Shown here one piece after another: positions 20,310 to 31,443 of a DNA stretch of 64,000 bases. Made by a program: the position numbers and the translations under genes. Origin of the DNA: an uncultured Pelagibacteraceae bacterium (lineage in GTDB: Bacteria > Pseudomonadota > Alphaproteobacteria > Pelagibacterales > Pelagibacteraceae). The stretch covers positions 80,196 to 144,195 of the forward strand of contig CACOWV010000001.1 in the NCBI GenBank assembly GCA_902630945.1, read 5' to 3'. Each line of letters opens with the position of its first letter. Positions within the stretch are counted from its first letter, which is position 1. The notes beneath the pieces were generated by a model. It did not search any database, was not told the origin of the DNA, and worked only from the letters and a program-made list of their open reading frames with translations.

Positions 20310-22526
20310 ATGGAAAAAAAAACAAAATTAACAGTATCCGGCTCAGCCAAAAAATCTATAAAGAGCATTGAAATAGCTAAAACTAAAGGAAAAAACTCTG
20401 TAGTAATTGAAAAGAAACTAAAATTCACCAACAAGGGTGGAACATTTAAATCAGGTTTAAATAAAAATAAGAGTACATCAACATTCTCAAAGGGTGGATT
20501 TAACAAGCAAGTAATTCCAACTAAATCAAATCCTTTAATTAATGATTTTGAGAGAAGAAAGTTAGCAGAACAAAGAGCGACTAAAAGATTAAAGGGCGAT
20601 GATGAAAATAAAGATAAAAAAAATACTAAATCAGGAACAAAAAAAAGAGAGTTAAAATTAACTGTTTCTAGAGCCCTGAGCGATCAAATAGAAGCTAGAG
20701 AAAGAAGTTTAGCTTCAGTAAAAAGAGCAAGACAAAAAGAACAAAAAAATTTAATAAAGAAAGACAATCAAGAAAATCTTAAACCAGTAAAAAGAGATGT
20801 AAATATTCCAGAAGCTATTACTGTTAGAGAACTTGCCAATAGAATGGCAGAGCAATCTAGTAACGTAGTTAAACATTTGTTTGGAATGGGTGTTACGGTT
20901 ACTATTAATCAGACTCTAGCAGCAGATACGGCTGAATATTTAGTAAAAGAATTTGGTCATAATCCGATAAGAGAGGAGAAAGCAGAAGAGATAATTAAGA
21001 AAATAAAAGCATCAAGAGCAGAAAATTTAAAAAACAGACCACCAATAGTAACAGTAATGGGTCATGTAGATCACGGAAAAACATCTGTTTTAGATGTTTT
21101 AAGAAGTGCAAATGTTGTTTCAGGTGAATTTGGTGGTATCACACAACACATAGGAGCTTATCAAATTGAAAGTCAGTCAAACAAAATCACGTTTATTGAC
21201 ACTCCAGGTCATGCTGCATTTACTGAAATGAGAGCAAGAGGTTCAAAACTTACTGATGTAGTGGTATTAGTTGTAGCCGCTGACGATGGTGTAAAACCTC
21301 AAACAGTCGAATCTATTAAACATGCTAAAGCTGCTAATGTCCCTATTGTTGTTGCAATTAATAAATGTGATTTACCAGAGGCCGATCCTCAAAAAATTAA
21401 AAATCAGTTACTAGAGCATGAATTGATAGCAGAAGATTTATCTGGAGACACATTGATGATTGAAATATCTGCTAAAAAAAGAATGAATTTAGATAAATTA
21501 GTGGAAGCAATAATACTACAAGCTGAAATATTAGATTTAAAAACAGATTTTGAATCAAAAGCTACAGGTATAGTTTTAGAATCAAAAATTGATATTGGCA
21601 GAGGACCAGTTGCAACAATTATTGTAACAACTGGAACTTTAAAAAAAGGTGATTTTTTTGTAAGTGGATTAAGATGGGGCAAAATAAGAGCAATTGTTAA
21701 TGATAAAGGTCAGAATATAAATGAGGCCTCTCCTTCAACACCTGTAGAAATTTTAGGAATAAATGGGGCGGCGAAAGCGGGGGATGATTTTATTGTTCTT
21801 GATACAGAGAAAGAGGCTAAAATATTAAGCGAAAATAGATCTGACGAAAGTAAGGATGGAAAAAATCCTCTTACCTTCGCAACGCAAGACTCTGCTTTTT
21901 CGTCAAATTTAACTGAGGAACTTAATTTAATAATTAAATCTGATGTTCATGGTTCATCAGAAGCTATTAAAAATGCAATAAGCTTAATAAAGCATGAAGA
22001 GGTAAAACCAAAAATTATTTTGTCAGATATTGGAATGGTAACAGAAACAGACGTTACTCTTGCTAAAGCTTCTAATGCTGTATTGATAGCTTTTAATGTA
22101 AAGCCAAGCAAGGAAGCTAAAAAATTAGCTGAAAATGAAAAAATTAAAATTTCATCATTTAATATCATTTATGAGGTTTTAGATTATGTAAAACAAAGGA
22201 TGTCTGGATTGTTAGCACCAGATGTTCAAGAAAAAACAACAGGTGCCGCACAAATTCTAGAGATTTTCAAAGTTTCCGGTGCTGGTAAAGTTGCTGGCTC
22301 AAAAGTTATTGATGGAGAAATAAATAGTAATTCTGATGTAAGGATAATTAGAGATGGAAGCATAATTTACACAGGTAAAGTTGGCAGTTTATTTAGAGAA
22401 AAAAATCAAGTAAAACAAGTTAGTGTTGGTCAAGAGTGTGGAATTACTGTTAAGGACTACATAGATTTTCAAAAAAATGATACAATAGAGGCATTTAATG
22501 TTACATCTACAGAGAGGTCAATTTAA
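20310..22526 (+). CDS. infB: Translation initiation factor IF-2
   Basis: MGHVDHGKT, GGITQHIGAY, DTPGHAAF, NKCD. Confidence 0.98.
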   Translation: MEKKTKLTVSGSAKKSIKSIEIAKTKGKNSVVIEKKLKFTNKGGTFKSGLNKNKSTSTFSKGGFNKQVIPTKSNPLINDFERRKLAEQRATKRLKGDDENKDKKNTKSGTKKRELKLTVSRALSDQIEARERSLASVKRARQKEQKNLIKKDNQENLKPVKRDVNIPEAITVRELANRMAEQSSNVVKHLFGMGVTVTINQTLAADTAEYLVKEFGHNPIREEKAEEIIKKIKASRAENLKNRPPIVTVMGHVDHGKTSVLDVLRSANVVSGEFGGITQHIGAYQIESQSNKITFIDTPGHAAFTEMRARGSKLTDVVVLVVAADDGVKPQTVESIKHAKAANVPIVVAINKCDLPEADPQKIKNQLLEHELIAEDLSGDTLMIEISAKKRMNLDKLVEAIILQAEILDLKTDFESKATGIVLESKIDIGRGPVATIIVTTGTLKKGDFFVSGLRWGKIRAIVNDKGQNINEASPSTPVEILGINGAAKAGDDFIVLDTEKEAKILSENRSDESKDGKNPLTFATQDSAFSSNLTEELNLIIKSDVHGSSEAIKNAISLIKHEEVKPKIILSDIGMVTETDVTLAKASNAVLIAFNVKPSKEAKKLAENEKIKISSFNIIYEVLDYVKQRMSGLLAPDVQEKTTGAAQILEIFKVSGAGKVAGSKVIDGEINSNSDVRIIRDGSIIYTGKVGSLFREKNQVKQVSVGQECGITVKDYIDFQKNDTIEAFNVTSTERSI

Positions 22527-22894
22527 TGGCAGATAAAATAGGAAAAACAGTTTCACAAAGGCAACTTAGAGTTGGGGAAATGATAAAGCAGTCTTTAAGC
22601 ATGATTTTTATTAGGAATGAGGCTAAAGTTCCGAATTTAGAAACTAATACAATAACAGTTACAGAAGTAAAAATGAGTCCAGATTTAAAAATTGCTAAAG
22701 CATATGTTCTTCCTTTAGGAGGAAAGAATGCAGAAGAAACAATTAATGCTCTTAAAGAGTACTCATTTTTAATAAGAAAAATTTTATCACAAAAAGTGGT
22801 AATGAAATTTTTACCAAAAATACTTTTTAGAAAAGATGAGTCCTTTGAGTACGCAGAAAAAATTGAGAATTTAATAAAGCAAACTAATAAATAG
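22526..22894 (+). CDS. rbfA: Ribosome-binding factor A
   Basis: RQLRVGE, ITVTEVKMSPDLKIAKAY; follows infB. Confidence 0.95.
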   Translation: MADKIGKTVSQRQLRVGEMIKQSLSMIFIRNEAKVPNLETNTITVTEVKMSPDLKIAKAYVLPLGGKNAEETINALKEYSFLIRKILSQKVVMKFLPKILFRKDESFEYAEKIENLIKQTNK

Positions 22895-22905
22895 GAAAAG
22901 AAGAC

Positions 22906-23154
22906 ATGAATAAAAATATAAAGGAATTGGCAATGCATGATAAAGACACTGGATCATCTGAAATTCAGATTGCTTTGCTTACTGAGAAAATTGAAACTCT
23001 CTCAAAACATATTAAGCAATTCAAAAAGGATAAACATTCTTCAGTTGGATTGTTAAGAGCGGTAAATAGAAGAAAAAAATTGTTAGACTATTTAAAGAGA
23101 AATAAGATAGACTCTTACAAGAATGTACTGTCGAAATTGAATTTAAGAAAGTAG
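22906..23154 (+). CDS. rpsO: 30S ribosomal protein S15
   Basis: DTGSSEIQIALLT, KKDKHSSVGL, RRKKLLDYL. Confidence 0.96.
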   Translation: MNKNIKELAMHDKDTGSSEIQIALLTEKIETLSKHIKQFKKDKHSSVGLLRAVNRRKKLLDYLKRNKIDSYKNVLSKLNLRK

Positions 23155-23209
23155 AGATTTAGATAGATAGAATGGAACGAAACGAACGAAATGAAATGGA
23201 AATGAAATG
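23155..23209 (+). repeat. Purine-rich degenerate tandem repeat in the rpsO-pnp spacer
   Basis: AGATAGATAG then AATGG-AACGA-AACG-AACGA-AATGA-AATGGA-AATGA-AATG running into the pnp start. Confidence 0.7.
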
Positions 23210-25279
23210 TTTAAAGTATATAAGAAGGAAGTTGAAGTAGCAGGAAAGAAGATAAGTTTAGAAACAGGTAAAGTAGCAAGACAAGCAGACGGTGCAATAA
23301 TCGCAACATGTGGAGAGACAGTTGTTTTAGCGACGGTTGTTGGAGCAAAAAAAGTTAATCCCGATGTAGATTACTTTCCATTATCTGTAAATTACCAAGA
23401 AAAATATTATGCAGCTGGAAAAATTCCAGGCGGATATTTTAAAAGAGAAGCTAGGCCAACTGAAAGTGAAACATTAATCTCTAGATTAATTGATAGACCA
23501 ATCAGACCATTGTTTCCTGATGAATTTAAAAACGAAGTTCAATTATTACCAACAGTAATTTCTTATGATAAAGAAAATGAAGCAGATATTCTATCAATTA
23601 CAGCTTCATCAGCAGCATTAGCTATATCAGGAATGCCATTCATGGGCCCTGTTGGAGCTTCTAGAGTTGGGTATATTGATGAAAAATATGTTTTAAATCC
23701 ATCTAAAACAGAATTAGAAAAATCAAAACTAGATTTAGTTGTAGCAGGTACAAAAGATGCTGTGCTTATGGTTGAATCTGAGGCAAGTGGTTTAACAGAA
23801 GAAGAAATGTTGAATGCAGTTAAATTTGGTCACGAAGGATTTGTTCCAGTTATCAAAATGATCGAAGAACTTGCAAAAGAGTGTAGAAAACCCGAATGGA
23901 CTGTTGAAAAGAAAGACCTATCTGAAGTTAAGAAAAAACTTGAGGGAACTTTTACAGATGATCTTAAAAAAGCTTTTGCAACAAGAAATAAACAAGATAG
24001 GTCAAATCAAATTTCTGAAATAACTGATAAGGCCAAAAAACTTTATGAGGAAGATGAAAATTATACAGATCTGGATGTAAATTCTGAGCTTAAAAAGATA
24101 GAAAAATCAATTGTAAGAACAGATATTCTAAAAAATAAAAATAGAATTGATGGCAGGGGATTATCTGATGTAAGACCTATTTCTTGTGAAGTTGGTATTT
24201 TACCAAGAACTCATGGTTCTGCTCTATTCACTAGAGGAGAAACACAAGCAATTGTAACAGCTACCTTGGGCACTTCAGATGATGAACAAAGAATTGAAAG
24301 TTTGGATGGATTACAAAGAGAAAGATTTATGCTTCACTATAATTTTCCACCATTTTCAGTTGGAGAAACGGGAAGGATTGGAACTGGTAGAAGAGAAATA
24401 GGTCATGGTAAATTAGCGTGGAGAGCTATTCATTCTTCGTTACCATCAAAAGAGGCATTTCCATACACTTTTAGGGTAGTTTCGGAAATTACAGAGTCTA
24501 ATGGATCATCCTCAATGGCTACTGTTTGTGGAACATCATTAGCATTAATGGATGCTGGCGTCCCGATTAAAGAACCAGTTGCAGGTATAGCAATGGGTCT
24601 AATTAAAGAGGGTGATGATTTTAGCGTACTATCAGACATTTTAGGTGATGAAGATCACTTAGGAGATATGGACTTTAAAGTTGCAGGAACTAAAGATGGA
24701 ATTACTTCACTTCAAATGGATATTAAAATTACTGGTATTACATTTGAAATTATGGAGCAAGCATTAAGTCAAGCTAAAGATGGAAGAGTTCATATCTTAG
24801 GAGAAATGAATAAAGCATTATCCGCTTCAAGAGCAGATGTTGGAAAACACACTCCAAAAATGGAAAAAATAAACGTTGATAAAAAAGACATTGCTGCTGT
24901 GATTGGAAAAGGTGGAGCAACAATAAGAGAGATAGTTGAAAAATCAGGTGCGAAAGTAGATGTAAATGATGAAGGTGTAGTAACGGTTGCTGCTCCAGAC
25001 GAAGAATCTAGAAACATTGCAATGCAAATGATCAAGGACATCACAGCGAAAGCTGAATTAAATAAGATTTATTCAGGCAAGGTTATGAAAATTATGGAGT
25101 TTGGCGCATTTGTTAATTTTTTAGGAAAACAAGATGGACTTGTTCATATTTCAGAACTTGCAGATAAAAGGGTAGCAAAGGTTACTGATGTTGTGAAAGA
25201 AGGTGATGAGGTTAAAGTTAAAGTAATTGGATTCGATAGAGGTAAAGTAAAACTTTCTATGAAACAAGCTAGTGAATAA
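23207..25279 (+). CDS. pnp: Polyribonucleotide nucleotidyltransferase (PNPase)
   Basis: [40 protein letters not shown] and S1 domains. Confidence 0.98.
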   Translation: MFKVYKKEVEVAGKKISLETGKVARQADGAIIATCGETVVLATVVGAKKVNPDVDYFPLSVNYQEKYYAAGKIPGGYFKREARPTESETLISRLIDRPIRPLFPDEFKNEVQLLPTVISYDKENEADILSITASSAALAISGMPFMGPVGASRVGYIDEKYVLNPSKTELEKSKLDLVVAGTKDAVLMVESEASGLTEEEMLNAVKFGHEGFVPVIKMIEELAKECRKPEWTVEKKDLSEVKKKLEGTFTDDLKKAFATRNKQDRSNQISEITDKAKKLYEEDENYTDLDVNSELKKIEKSIVRTDILKNKNRIDGRGLSDVRPISCEVGILPRTHGSALFTRGETQAIVTATLGTSDDEQRIESLDGLQRERFMLHYNFPPFSVGETGRIGTGRREIGHGKLAWRAIHSSLPSKEAFPYTFRVVSEITESNGSSSMATVCGTSLALMDAGVPIKEPVAGIAMGLIKEGDDFSVLSDILGDEDHLGDMDFKVAGTKDGITSLQMDIKITGITFEIMEQALSQAKDGRVHILGEMNKALSASRADVGKHTPKMEKINVDKKDIAAVIGKGGATIREIVEKSGAKVDVNDEGVVTVAAPDEESRNIAMQMIKDITAKAELNKIYSGKVMKIMEFGAFVNFLGKQDGLVHISELADKRVAKVTDVVKEGDEVKVKVIGFDRGKVKLSMKQASE

Positions 25280-25318
25280 AATAGAGCTGGTAAAAATAAT
25301 AACACATACTAAATTTTT

Positions 25319-26107
25319 TTAGTTGTGTTTGTCTACTTTTCTAGCAACTTTCTCTATTTTATCAGAAAGATTATGCAAAATTTTAGAAAAAAAATGTCTT
25401 ATCCATTTTAAAGTAGAATGTTCTTGACCATTTTTAATATTTTTTTGCCATCTAGTATTATAACCATAAACTTCAATATCTCTCTCTAACGTATAATAAT
25501 ACAAGGCAATACTTTTTCTAAAAGTTCCCTCTGGAGTATTCAGTTTTTCAGGATGACCATGAAATGATTTTGTATCGGTTCTAAAGATAATGCAACGATT
25601 AAAAATTGGTAAAATTTTCTTTTCGCATTTACTAAGATCTTTATTCCATAATTCTAATTGACCATTATATTCTTTTTTCCAATTTTTGTTTAGATATAAA
25701 ATCAAATTTAATCTTCTAAAAATTTTTAAATGTTTGGCTTCGGAAAAATCTGAGTGAACTTCTAACCTACCTCCTCGAGGTATCATATGTATTCCTCCAC
25801 CAAAAAAATAAGGATCTGGTACTAATTTTTTAATTCCAGTTAATTTCTCGAGATCTTTAAGAAATTTTTCTGAACTGAGTTTTTGTATAAGAATCTTAAT
25901 TGATAGTGGAAAATTTTCTACTTCGCGACATTGATATTTTATTTGAACATTACTTTTAATTCTATGCCATAGCTCCCAATTTTTATCAGGAAAATCATCA
26001 AGTAATGTATTGCAATCTTTTTCATTAAGAAAATCATCTATAATTACATGTTGAAAAGGTAAAGAGTTAATAAAATCTTTTTGGTCTGGCAGGGGCTTAA
26101 TTATCAT
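25319..26107 (-). CDS. 2OG-Fe(II) oxygenase family protein
   Basis: PFQHVIIDDFL, GGGIHM...HSDF (HxD), RRLNLILYLN, SFHGHP, RKSIALYYY; likely start ATG 26107 overlapping the fabI end. Confidence 0.85.
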   Translation of the reverse strand: MIIKPLPDQKDFINSLPFQHVIIDDFLNEKDCNTLLDDFPDKNWELWHRIKSNVQIKYQCREVENFPLSIKILIQKLSSEKFLKDLEKLTGIKKLVPDPYFFGGGIHMIPRGGRLEVHSDFSEAKHLKIFRRLNLILYLNKNWKKEYNGQLELWNKDLSKCEKKILPIFNRCIIFRTDTKSFHGHPEKLNTPEGTFRKSIALYYYTLERDIEVYGYNTRWQKNIKNGQEHSTLKWIRHFFSKILHNLSDKIEKVARKVDKHN

Positions 26108-26891
26108 TTGAAATATTTTTTGGATCTGGCATTCCAACTTTATTATAACCAGCGTCCACATAGTGGATTTCACCAGTAACACCATTTGCAAGATCGCTTA
26201 GAAGATATAAAGCTGAATTTCCAACATCATGAATATCAACATTTCTTTTTAGGAATGAATGGTCTTCATTCCATTTATATAAAAATTTCGCATCTCCAAT
26301 AGCAGAAGCTGCTAAGGTTTTAATAGGTCCAGCACTAATCGCATTAACTCTCATACCTTTAGCTCCTAAATCTCTTGCAAGATATTTAACACTTGCTTCA
26401 AGAGCTGATTTGCAAACACCCATTACATTATAATTTGGAATAGCTTTAGTTGACTCGTAAGTTAAAGTTAGAAGACTACCATCTTGCTTCATTACTTTTG
26501 AAGCTTCCCTTGCCACCTCTGTAAACGAAAAACATGAGATTAACATACTTCTTAAAAAGTTTTCTCTAGTCGTATTTAAATATTCACCCGATAATTCTGA
26601 TTTATCTGAAAAAGCAACAGCATGAACTACAAAGTCAATTTCACCCCATTGGGATTTGATATCTTCAAATAATTTTACAACCTCTTCTTTTTTTTCAACA
26701 TCACAACTAAATGTAACTTTTGAATTTAATTTTTCTGCTAAAGGAATAACTCTTTTTTTTAAAGCATCTCCTAAATATGTGAAAGCGAGTTCAGCACCAG
26801 CCTCAGCTAATTTTTGTGAAATACCCCAAGCAATAGATCGCTCATTGGCAACACCCATGATCAATCCTTTTTTACCTTTCATTAAACTCAT
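26097..26891 (-). CDS. fabI: Enoyl-ACP reductase (NADH)
   Basis: GVANERSIAWGI, YNVMGVCKSALE, NAISAGPIKTLAA. Confidence 0.96.
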   Translation of the reverse strand: MSLMKGKKGLIMGVANERSIAWGISQKLAEAGAELAFTYLGDALKKRVIPLAEKLNSKVTFSCDVEKKEEVVKLFEDIKSQWGEIDFVVHAVAFSDKSELSGEYLNTTRENFLRSMLISCFSFTEVAREASKVMKQDGSLLTLTYESTKAIPNYNVMGVCKSALEASVKYLARDLGAKGMRVNAISAGPIKTLAASAIGDAKFLYKWNEDHSFLKRNVDIHDVGNSALYLLSDLANGVTGEIHYVDAGYNKVGMPDPKNISNDN

Positions 26892-26894
26892 TGA

Positions 26895-28106
26895 TTAAAC
26901 CTTTTCAAAAATTAAAGCTGCATTAGTTCCACCAAAACCAAAGCTATTTGACATTACTGTATTTAAAGTTGCTCCCGTTTCAGTTTTTGAAACTATGGGA
27001 AATTTTTTAGCTTCTTCATCCATCTCACTTATGTTTGCAGAGCCAGCTATGAAATTATTCTTCATCATTATCAAACAGTAAATTGCTTCATGAACAGAAG
27101 CCGCACCAAGTGGATGTCCCGATAAAGATTTTGTAGAACTAATCTTTGGGATATTGTCTCCAAAAGTATTTTTAACCGCATTTAGCTCCGTGATATCTCC
27201 AACTGGAGTAGAAGTTCCATGAGTATTGATATAATCAATTTTATTTTTAGCAGTAGACATTGCCATCTGCATGCATCTTACTGCACCTTCACCAGATGGA
27301 GCCACCATATCGTATCCATCCGAAGTTGCTCCATAACCTGTTAATTCTGCATATATTTTTGCTCCTCTAGCTTTAGCATGTTCGTATTCTTCAAGAACTA
27401 AAACTCCACCGCCACCAGCAATTACAAAACCATCTCTTGTCTTATCATATGCTCTTGAAGCTGTTTCTGGGGTATCATTATACTTTGATGATAGTGCAGT
27501 CATAGCATCAAACATAGCTGTCATTGCCCAATGTATTTCCTCACTTCCGCCAGCGAAAACTATATCCTGTTTGCCCATTTGAATTAATTCCATAGCATTT
27601 CCAATACAGTGTCCACTCGTAGCGCAAGCAGAACTCATAGTATAATTGGTCCCTTTGATTTTGAATGGAACTGCTAGTGTTGCTGATGCTGTGCTTGCCA
27701 TTGTTCTTGGTACAACAAAAGGGCCCATAAGTTTTGGAGTTTTAGCTCTAGTTTTATCTGCTGCTAAAATTACATTTTCAATTGAGGGACCTCCCGAGCC
27801 CATTACAATTCCAGTTTTAAAATTGCTTACTTCTTTTTCCTCAAGACCTGAGTCTTTAATGGCTTCTTTCATTGCAATATAATTGTAAGCTGACCCTGAA
27901 CCCATAAACCTAATTGTTTTTCTATCTATATGATCATCAAGTTTAATATTAGGTTTTCCATGAACATGACTTTTTAGGTTATGTTCTTTATACTCTTCAG
28001 AAAAAGAAATACCTGACTTAGAATTTAATAAAGACTTGTGAACTTCCTCTTGATTATTTCCTAAACAAGAGACAATTCCTAACCCTGTAACTACTACTCT
28101 TCTCAT
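26895..28106 (-). CDS. fabB: 3-oxoacyl-ACP synthase I
   Basis: [44 protein letters not shown]. Confidence 0.96.
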   Translation of the reverse strand: MRRVVVTGLGIVSCLGNNQEEVHKSLLNSKSGISFSEEYKEHNLKSHVHGKPNIKLDDHIDRKTIRFMGSGSAYNYIAMKEAIKDSGLEEKEVSNFKTGIVMGSGGPSIENVILAADKTRAKTPKLMGPFVVPRTMASTASATLAVPFKIKGTNYTMSSACATSGHCIGNAMELIQMGKQDIVFAGGSEEIHWAMTAMFDAMTALSSKYNDTPETASRAYDKTRDGFVIAGGGGVLVLEEYEHAKARGAKIYAELTGYGATSDGYDMVAPSGEGAVRCMQMAMSTAKNKIDYINTHGTSTPVGDITELNAVKNTFGDNIPKISSTKSLSGHPLGAASVHEAIYCLIMMKNNFIAGSANISEMDEEAKKFPIVSKTETGATLNTVMSNSFGFGGTNAALIFEKV

Positions 28107-28606
28107 TATTTAAATAATCCCACTTTTAAGTTATCAGCTGAATAAATTTTTTTATTATCTGCAAAAAGAATTCCATTAGCTAATCCAACAGTTGTTCCTC
28201 CTGGAGACATAATTTTTTTCATATCAATTTCATATGTAACTAATTTGATATTTTGTAAAACTTCACCTGTGAATTTCACGGTCCCTACTCCTAAAGCCCT
28301 TCCTTTGCCAGGATTACCAAGCCAGCCTAAAAAAAATCCCACTAGTTGCCACATTGCATCTAATCCTAAACATCCCGGCATAACTGGGTCATCTTTAAAA
28401 TGGCAATTAAAAAACCAAAGATCATTTTTTATATCTAATTCAGCTTTCAGCGAACCTTTTTTAAAAATACCATTATCGTCATTAATTTCTGTAATTCTAT
28501 CAAACATAAGCATTGGTGGAAGAGGTAATTTAGCATTACCTTTTCCAAATAATTGGCCATTCCCGCAACTAATAAGTTCGTCATATGTATATGAGTTTTT
28601 TTTCAT
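28106..28606 (-). CDS. fabA: 3-hydroxyacyl-ACP dehydratase/isomerase
   Basis: [37 protein letters not shown]. Confidence 0.97.
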   Translation of the reverse strand: MKKNSYTYDELISCGNGQLFGKGNAKLPLPPMLMFDRITEINDDNGIFKKGSLKAELDIKNDLWFFNCHFKDDPVMPGCLGLDAMWQLVGFFLGWLGNPGKGRALGVGTVKFTGEVLQNIKLVTYEIDMKKIMSPGGTTVGLANGILFADNKKIYSADNLKVGLFK

Positions 28607-28664
28607 AAATTAAGGTACTCTTATTACTTGATTTTACTGATATATAATATACTTTTAATGCTAG

Positions 28665-28681
28665 TTTAGAACAATTATAAC
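28665..28681. promoter_or_regulatory. ICE-like Irr operator in the fabA-irr divergent spacer
   Basis: TTTAGAA-CAA-TTATAAC versus ICE consensus TTTAGAA-N3-TTCTAAA. Confidence 0.65.
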
Positions 28682-28699
28682 TAACAATGCGTTTTAGTA

Positions 28700-29098
28700 G
28701 TGAAATATATTGAAAAATTAAGAAATTCTGGATTAAGACCTACTAAACAAAGGCTTAAAATTTGCGAAGTTTTATTTAATACTGAAAAAACCTTCCATTT
28801 CACAATTAATGACTTAGCAAAGATTATTAAGGACAAATTAAATAACAAAATATCTTTAGCCACAGTTTATAATACTGTTCATGCTTTCGAAAAAAAAGGA
28901 TATTTAAAACAAATTCCACTTAATTCTAATCAGACTTATTTTGACACCAACACTTCAGATCATCATCACTTTTATGATTTAACAGAAGAAAAATTAATTG
29001 ATCTGAAAGATTCTGATGTTGGTCCTATTAATATAAAAAAAAAAATAAACGGAAAAAAAATTAAATCAATAGAAGTTCTAGTTAAACTAGATAATTAA
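28700..29098 (+). CDS. irr: Iron response regulator Irr (Fur family)
   Basis: GLRPTKQRL, ISLATVYNT, YFDTNTSDHHHFY; divergent from fabA, the conserved alphaproteobacterial irr position. Confidence 0.9.
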   Translation: MKYIEKLRNSGLRPTKQRLKICEVLFNTEKTFHFTINDLAKIIKDKLNNKISLATVYNTVHAFEKKGYLKQIPLNSNQTYFDTNTSDHHHFYDLTEEKLIDLKDSDVGPINIKKKINGKKIKSIEVLVKLDN

Positions 29099-29128
29099 TT
29101 TTTTAATTTTAGCGTCATTTTTATACAA

Positions 29129-29157
29129 TTGACACCTTTTTAGAATCATTATAAAGT
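29129..29157 (+). promoter_or_regulatory. sigma70 promoter of katG overlapped by an ICE-like Irr box (29139-29155)
   Basis: TTGACA-N17-TAAAGT with TTTAGAA-TCA-TTATAAA covering the spacer and -10. Confidence 0.75.
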
Positions 29158-29185
29158 ACATTTAAGTAATTTTAGGGAGACAACA

Positions 29186-31423
29186 TTGAGTACTGAAAAT
29201 TTAAAAAGCAAATCTTTCAAATCAAATCAGCTTAGTAAATGTCCATTTACAGGCAAAGGAACTCCAGCAAAATTTTCTGCAGGCAGAGGTCAAACAAATA
29301 GAGACTTTTGGCCTAACAGCCTTAATCTAAAAATTCTAAGTCAGCATTCTAAGTTATCAAATCCAATGGATAAAAAATTTAAATATTCTAAAGAATTTAA
29401 AAAACTTAATTATAAAGCTCTAAAAAAAGATTTGAAAAAACTTATGACTAATTCCCAGGAGTGGTGGCCTGCTGATTATGGTCATTATGGTCCTCTTTTC
29501 ATAAGATTAGCTTGGCATGCTGCTGGTACGTATAGAACGGGCGATGGTAGAGGAGGAGCTGGGACAGGAAATCAGCGTTTTGCACCACTTAATTCTTGGC
29601 CTGATAATGTAAATTTAGATAAAGCTAGGTTACTTCTATGGCCAATAAAACAAAAGTATGGAAAAAAAATTTCTTGGGCAGACCTTTTTATTTTAGTGGG
29701 TAACGTGGCTCTAGACTCTATGGGTTTTAAAACATTTGGTTTTGGAGCTGGAAGAGAAGATATTTGGGAACCGGAGGATGATATTTATTGGGGCTCAGAA
29801 AAAGAGATGTTAGATGTAAAAAGATACAGTGGTAAAAGAGACTTAGAGCAGCCTTTAGGTGCTTCTCATATGGGTCTTATTTATGTAAACCCACAAGGAC
29901 CTGATGCAAATCCTGACCCCTTATTGGCAGCTCATGACATAAGAGAGACATTTGGAAGAATGGCAATGAATGATTATGAGACAGCGGCTTTAGTTGCTGG
30001 AGGTCATACGTTTGGTAAATCTCATGGAGCAGCACCAGAATCTCATAAAGGCCCTGATCCAGAAGCATCAAAAATTCAAGATCAAGCGACAGGATGGAAC
30101 AGTGATTATAAATCAGGCAAAGGTGTTGATACAATAAGTAGTGGTATAGAAGGTGCATGGACCCAGAATCCTATAAAATGGGATATGGGATATTTAGATT
30201 GTCTGTACGGTCATGAATGGGAGTTAACAAAAAGCCCCGCAGGTGCTCATCAATGGACACCAAAAAAAAACGGTCAAGAAATTAAGATGGTTCCCGATGC
30301 CCATGATAAAAATTTACTTCATCCTCCAATGATGCAAACAACCGATATTTCTCTTAAAGTAGATCCTAGTTACGGCCCTATAACAAAACATTTTCATGAA
30401 AATCCAAAAGAATTTCATGATGCCTTCGCAAGAGCATGGTTTAAGCTAACTCATAGAGACATGGGTCCAAGAGCCTGCTATTTAGGAGGTGAGGTTCCAA
30501 AAGAGGAATTGATTTGGCAAGATCCTATTGATAAACCAAAATACAGATTAAAAACAAAAGATATTAAAGATTTAAAATCTAAAATTGTTAAATCAAAAAT
30601 ATCTATTTCTGAAATGGTTTCAACTGCTTGGGCCTCGGCTTCTACTTATAGGGGATCAGATAAGAGAGGAGGAGCTAATGGTGCAAGAATAATGTTAGAA
30701 CCTCAAAAAAACTGGAAAGTAAACAATCCAAGTAAACTAGCAAAAGTTATACATTCTCTTAAACAAATAAAAGGAAAATTTGATAATAAGAAAAAAAGTG
30801 TTTCGATGGCAGATCTAATAGTATTAGCAGGAGGCGTGGGAATAGAGATGGCAGCTAAAAAAGCTGGCTATAAGGTAAATGTTCCCTTTGCACCGGGAAG
30901 GGGAGACGCTAGACAAGATCAAACAGATATTCACTCATTTAATTTACTAGAACCCCAGGCTGATGGTTTCAGAAATTATTTGGATAATGAAGCATCTAAT
31001 GTATCAGCTGAGGAAAAATTAGTAGACAAAGCTCAATTAATGGGTCTGACAGCGCCAGAAATGACAGTTCTAATTGGTGGGATGAGAGTATTGGACACAA
31101 ATTATGATAATTCTAAGTGTGGTGTGTTCACTAAAAAACCAGGTACCCTAACGAATGATTTTTTTACAAATTTATTAGACATGAATACTACATGGAAAGA
31201 AACAGATAAATCTGAACAGGAATTTGAAGGAAGTGATAGAAAGACAAAAAAATCTAAATGGAAGGGTACAAGAGTAGATTTAATTTTTGGATCAAATTCA
31301 CAACTAAGAGCCTTAGCTGAAGTTTATGCATGTGATGATTCACATGATAAATTTATTAACGATTTTATTGCGGCGTGGGTAAAAGTTATGAATGCGGATA
31401 GATTTGATTTAAAACTTAATTAA
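29186..31423 (+). CDS. katG: Catalase-peroxidase
   Basis: [54 protein letters not shown]; TTG start with AGGGAG SD. Confidence 0.98.
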   Translation: MSTENLKSKSFKSNQLSKCPFTGKGTPAKFSAGRGQTNRDFWPNSLNLKILSQHSKLSNPMDKKFKYSKEFKKLNYKALKKDLKKLMTNSQEWWPADYGHYGPLFIRLAWHAAGTYRTGDGRGGAGTGNQRFAPLNSWPDNVNLDKARLLLWPIKQKYGKKISWADLFILVGNVALDSMGFKTFGFGAGREDIWEPEDDIYWGSEKEMLDVKRYSGKRDLEQPLGASHMGLIYVNPQGPDANPDPLLAAHDIRETFGRMAMNDYETAALVAGGHTFGKSHGAAPESHKGPDPEASKIQDQATGWNSDYKSGKGVDTISSGIEGAWTQNPIKWDMGYLDCLYGHEWELTKSPAGAHQWTPKKNGQEIKMVPDAHDKNLLHPPMMQTTDISLKVDPSYGPITKHFHENPKEFHDAFARAWFKLTHRDMGPRACYLGGEVPKEELIWQDPIDKPKYRLKTKDIKDLKSKIVKSKISISEMVSTAWASASTYRGSDKRGGANGARIMLEPQKNWKVNNPSKLAKVIHSLKQIKGKFDNKKKSVSMADLIVLAGGVGIEMAAKKAGYKVNVPFAPGRGDARQDQTDIHSFNLLEPQADGFRNYLDNEASNVSAEEKLVDKAQLMGLTAPEMTVLIGGMRVLDTNYDNSKCGVFTKKPGTLTNDFFTNLLDMNTTWKETDKSEQEFEGSDRKTKKSKWKGTRVDLIFGSNSQLRALAEVYACDDSHDKFINDFIAAWVKVMNADRFDLKLN

Positions 31424-31443
31424 TCAATATTAAAAAAGGAGAC

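Noticed and set aside
23155-23209. Mini-CRISPR
   Set aside because: Units are 4-6 nt with no spacers and there are no cas genes
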